This document shows positions 63,725 through 64,000 of a stretch of 64,000 nucleotides of DNA, in pieces. The stretch's first letter is position 1. Each line of letters opens with the position of its first letter. Made by a program: the position numbers and the translations under genes. The DNA comes from Camelus dromedarius (lineage: Eukaryota), in contig NC_087436.1 in assembly GCF_036321535.1 (NCBI RefSeq), positions 101,186,001 through 101,250,000 of the forward strand, written 5' to 3'. Below the pieces are notes generated by a model that had not been told where the DNA came from, searched no databases, and saw nothing but the letters and a program-made list of their open reading frames with translations.

Positions 63725-64000
63725 GTGGGAACAAGAAACAAACATTTTTCTGTGGGTCACTAGAGTTAGCAGTGAGTGGTGCTACGTGAATTTCTACCCC
63801 TTGATTCCTGGCTTGATTCCTGACCTCTTGATTCCTGGGAATCCTGGCTATCAGGGAAATAGCACCATGTGTTGAACATTGATTCAGAGCATATACTTTC
63901 TTCTGGTGAATGTTTCCCCAGCCCTTGAGGATACTGTGACCCAGCTGGCACTATAACTGAGTCTTCAAAAGGCCATTTCACAGTTTTATCAAGCCAGCTG
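63725..64000 (-). mobile_element. ERV-L internal remnant: degenerate integrase C-terminal region
   Basis: Minus-strand translation AGLIKL*NGLLKTQL*CQLGHSILKGWGNIHQKKVYALNQCSTHGAISLIARI resembles ERV-L pol (recalled AGLIERWNGLLKxQLQCQLGxNTLQGWG...VYALNQ) and has in-frame stops. Confidence 0.85.

Overview
Mammalian genomic DNA, AT-rich, with one large CpG island. A tRNA-derived SINE and L1 3' ends resembling camelid repeats suggest camel or alpaca; this is recognition from memory, not a database match. The window holds the 5' part of protocadherin-7 (PCDH7, a delta-1 non-clustered protocadherin) on the minus strand. The promoter/CpG island lies at about 48.4-54.8 kb. The giant coding exon 1 runs from ATG 50103 to the splice donor at 46927. 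An intron read-through C-terminus (isoform-b type) stops at 46843, and a 36-nt terminal coding exon missed by the ORF track (40846-40811, MRPLPYITVFG*) gives the isoform-a type end. Bases 1 to about 40 kb are presumably intron of the long isoforms; I could not find their downstream exons (RRVTF/CM1-3) here. The rest is ordinary mammalian repeats (MIR, L2, L1, MLT1/MLT2 LTRs, an ERV-L integrase remnant, MER and MARNA DNA transposons) and microsatellites. I found no convincing new biological system. The items most worth checking are the hidden terminal micro-exon, an apparently lengthened read-through tail, a uORF-loaded 5' leader with an ORF overlapping the main ATG, an L1 / mRNA-3'UTR composite retro-insertion at 62.1-62.7 kb, non-B-DNA motifs around the promoter, and a CpG-retaining enhancer-like patch at 6.8 kb. 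Repeat family names and boundaries were assigned by eye and are approximate.
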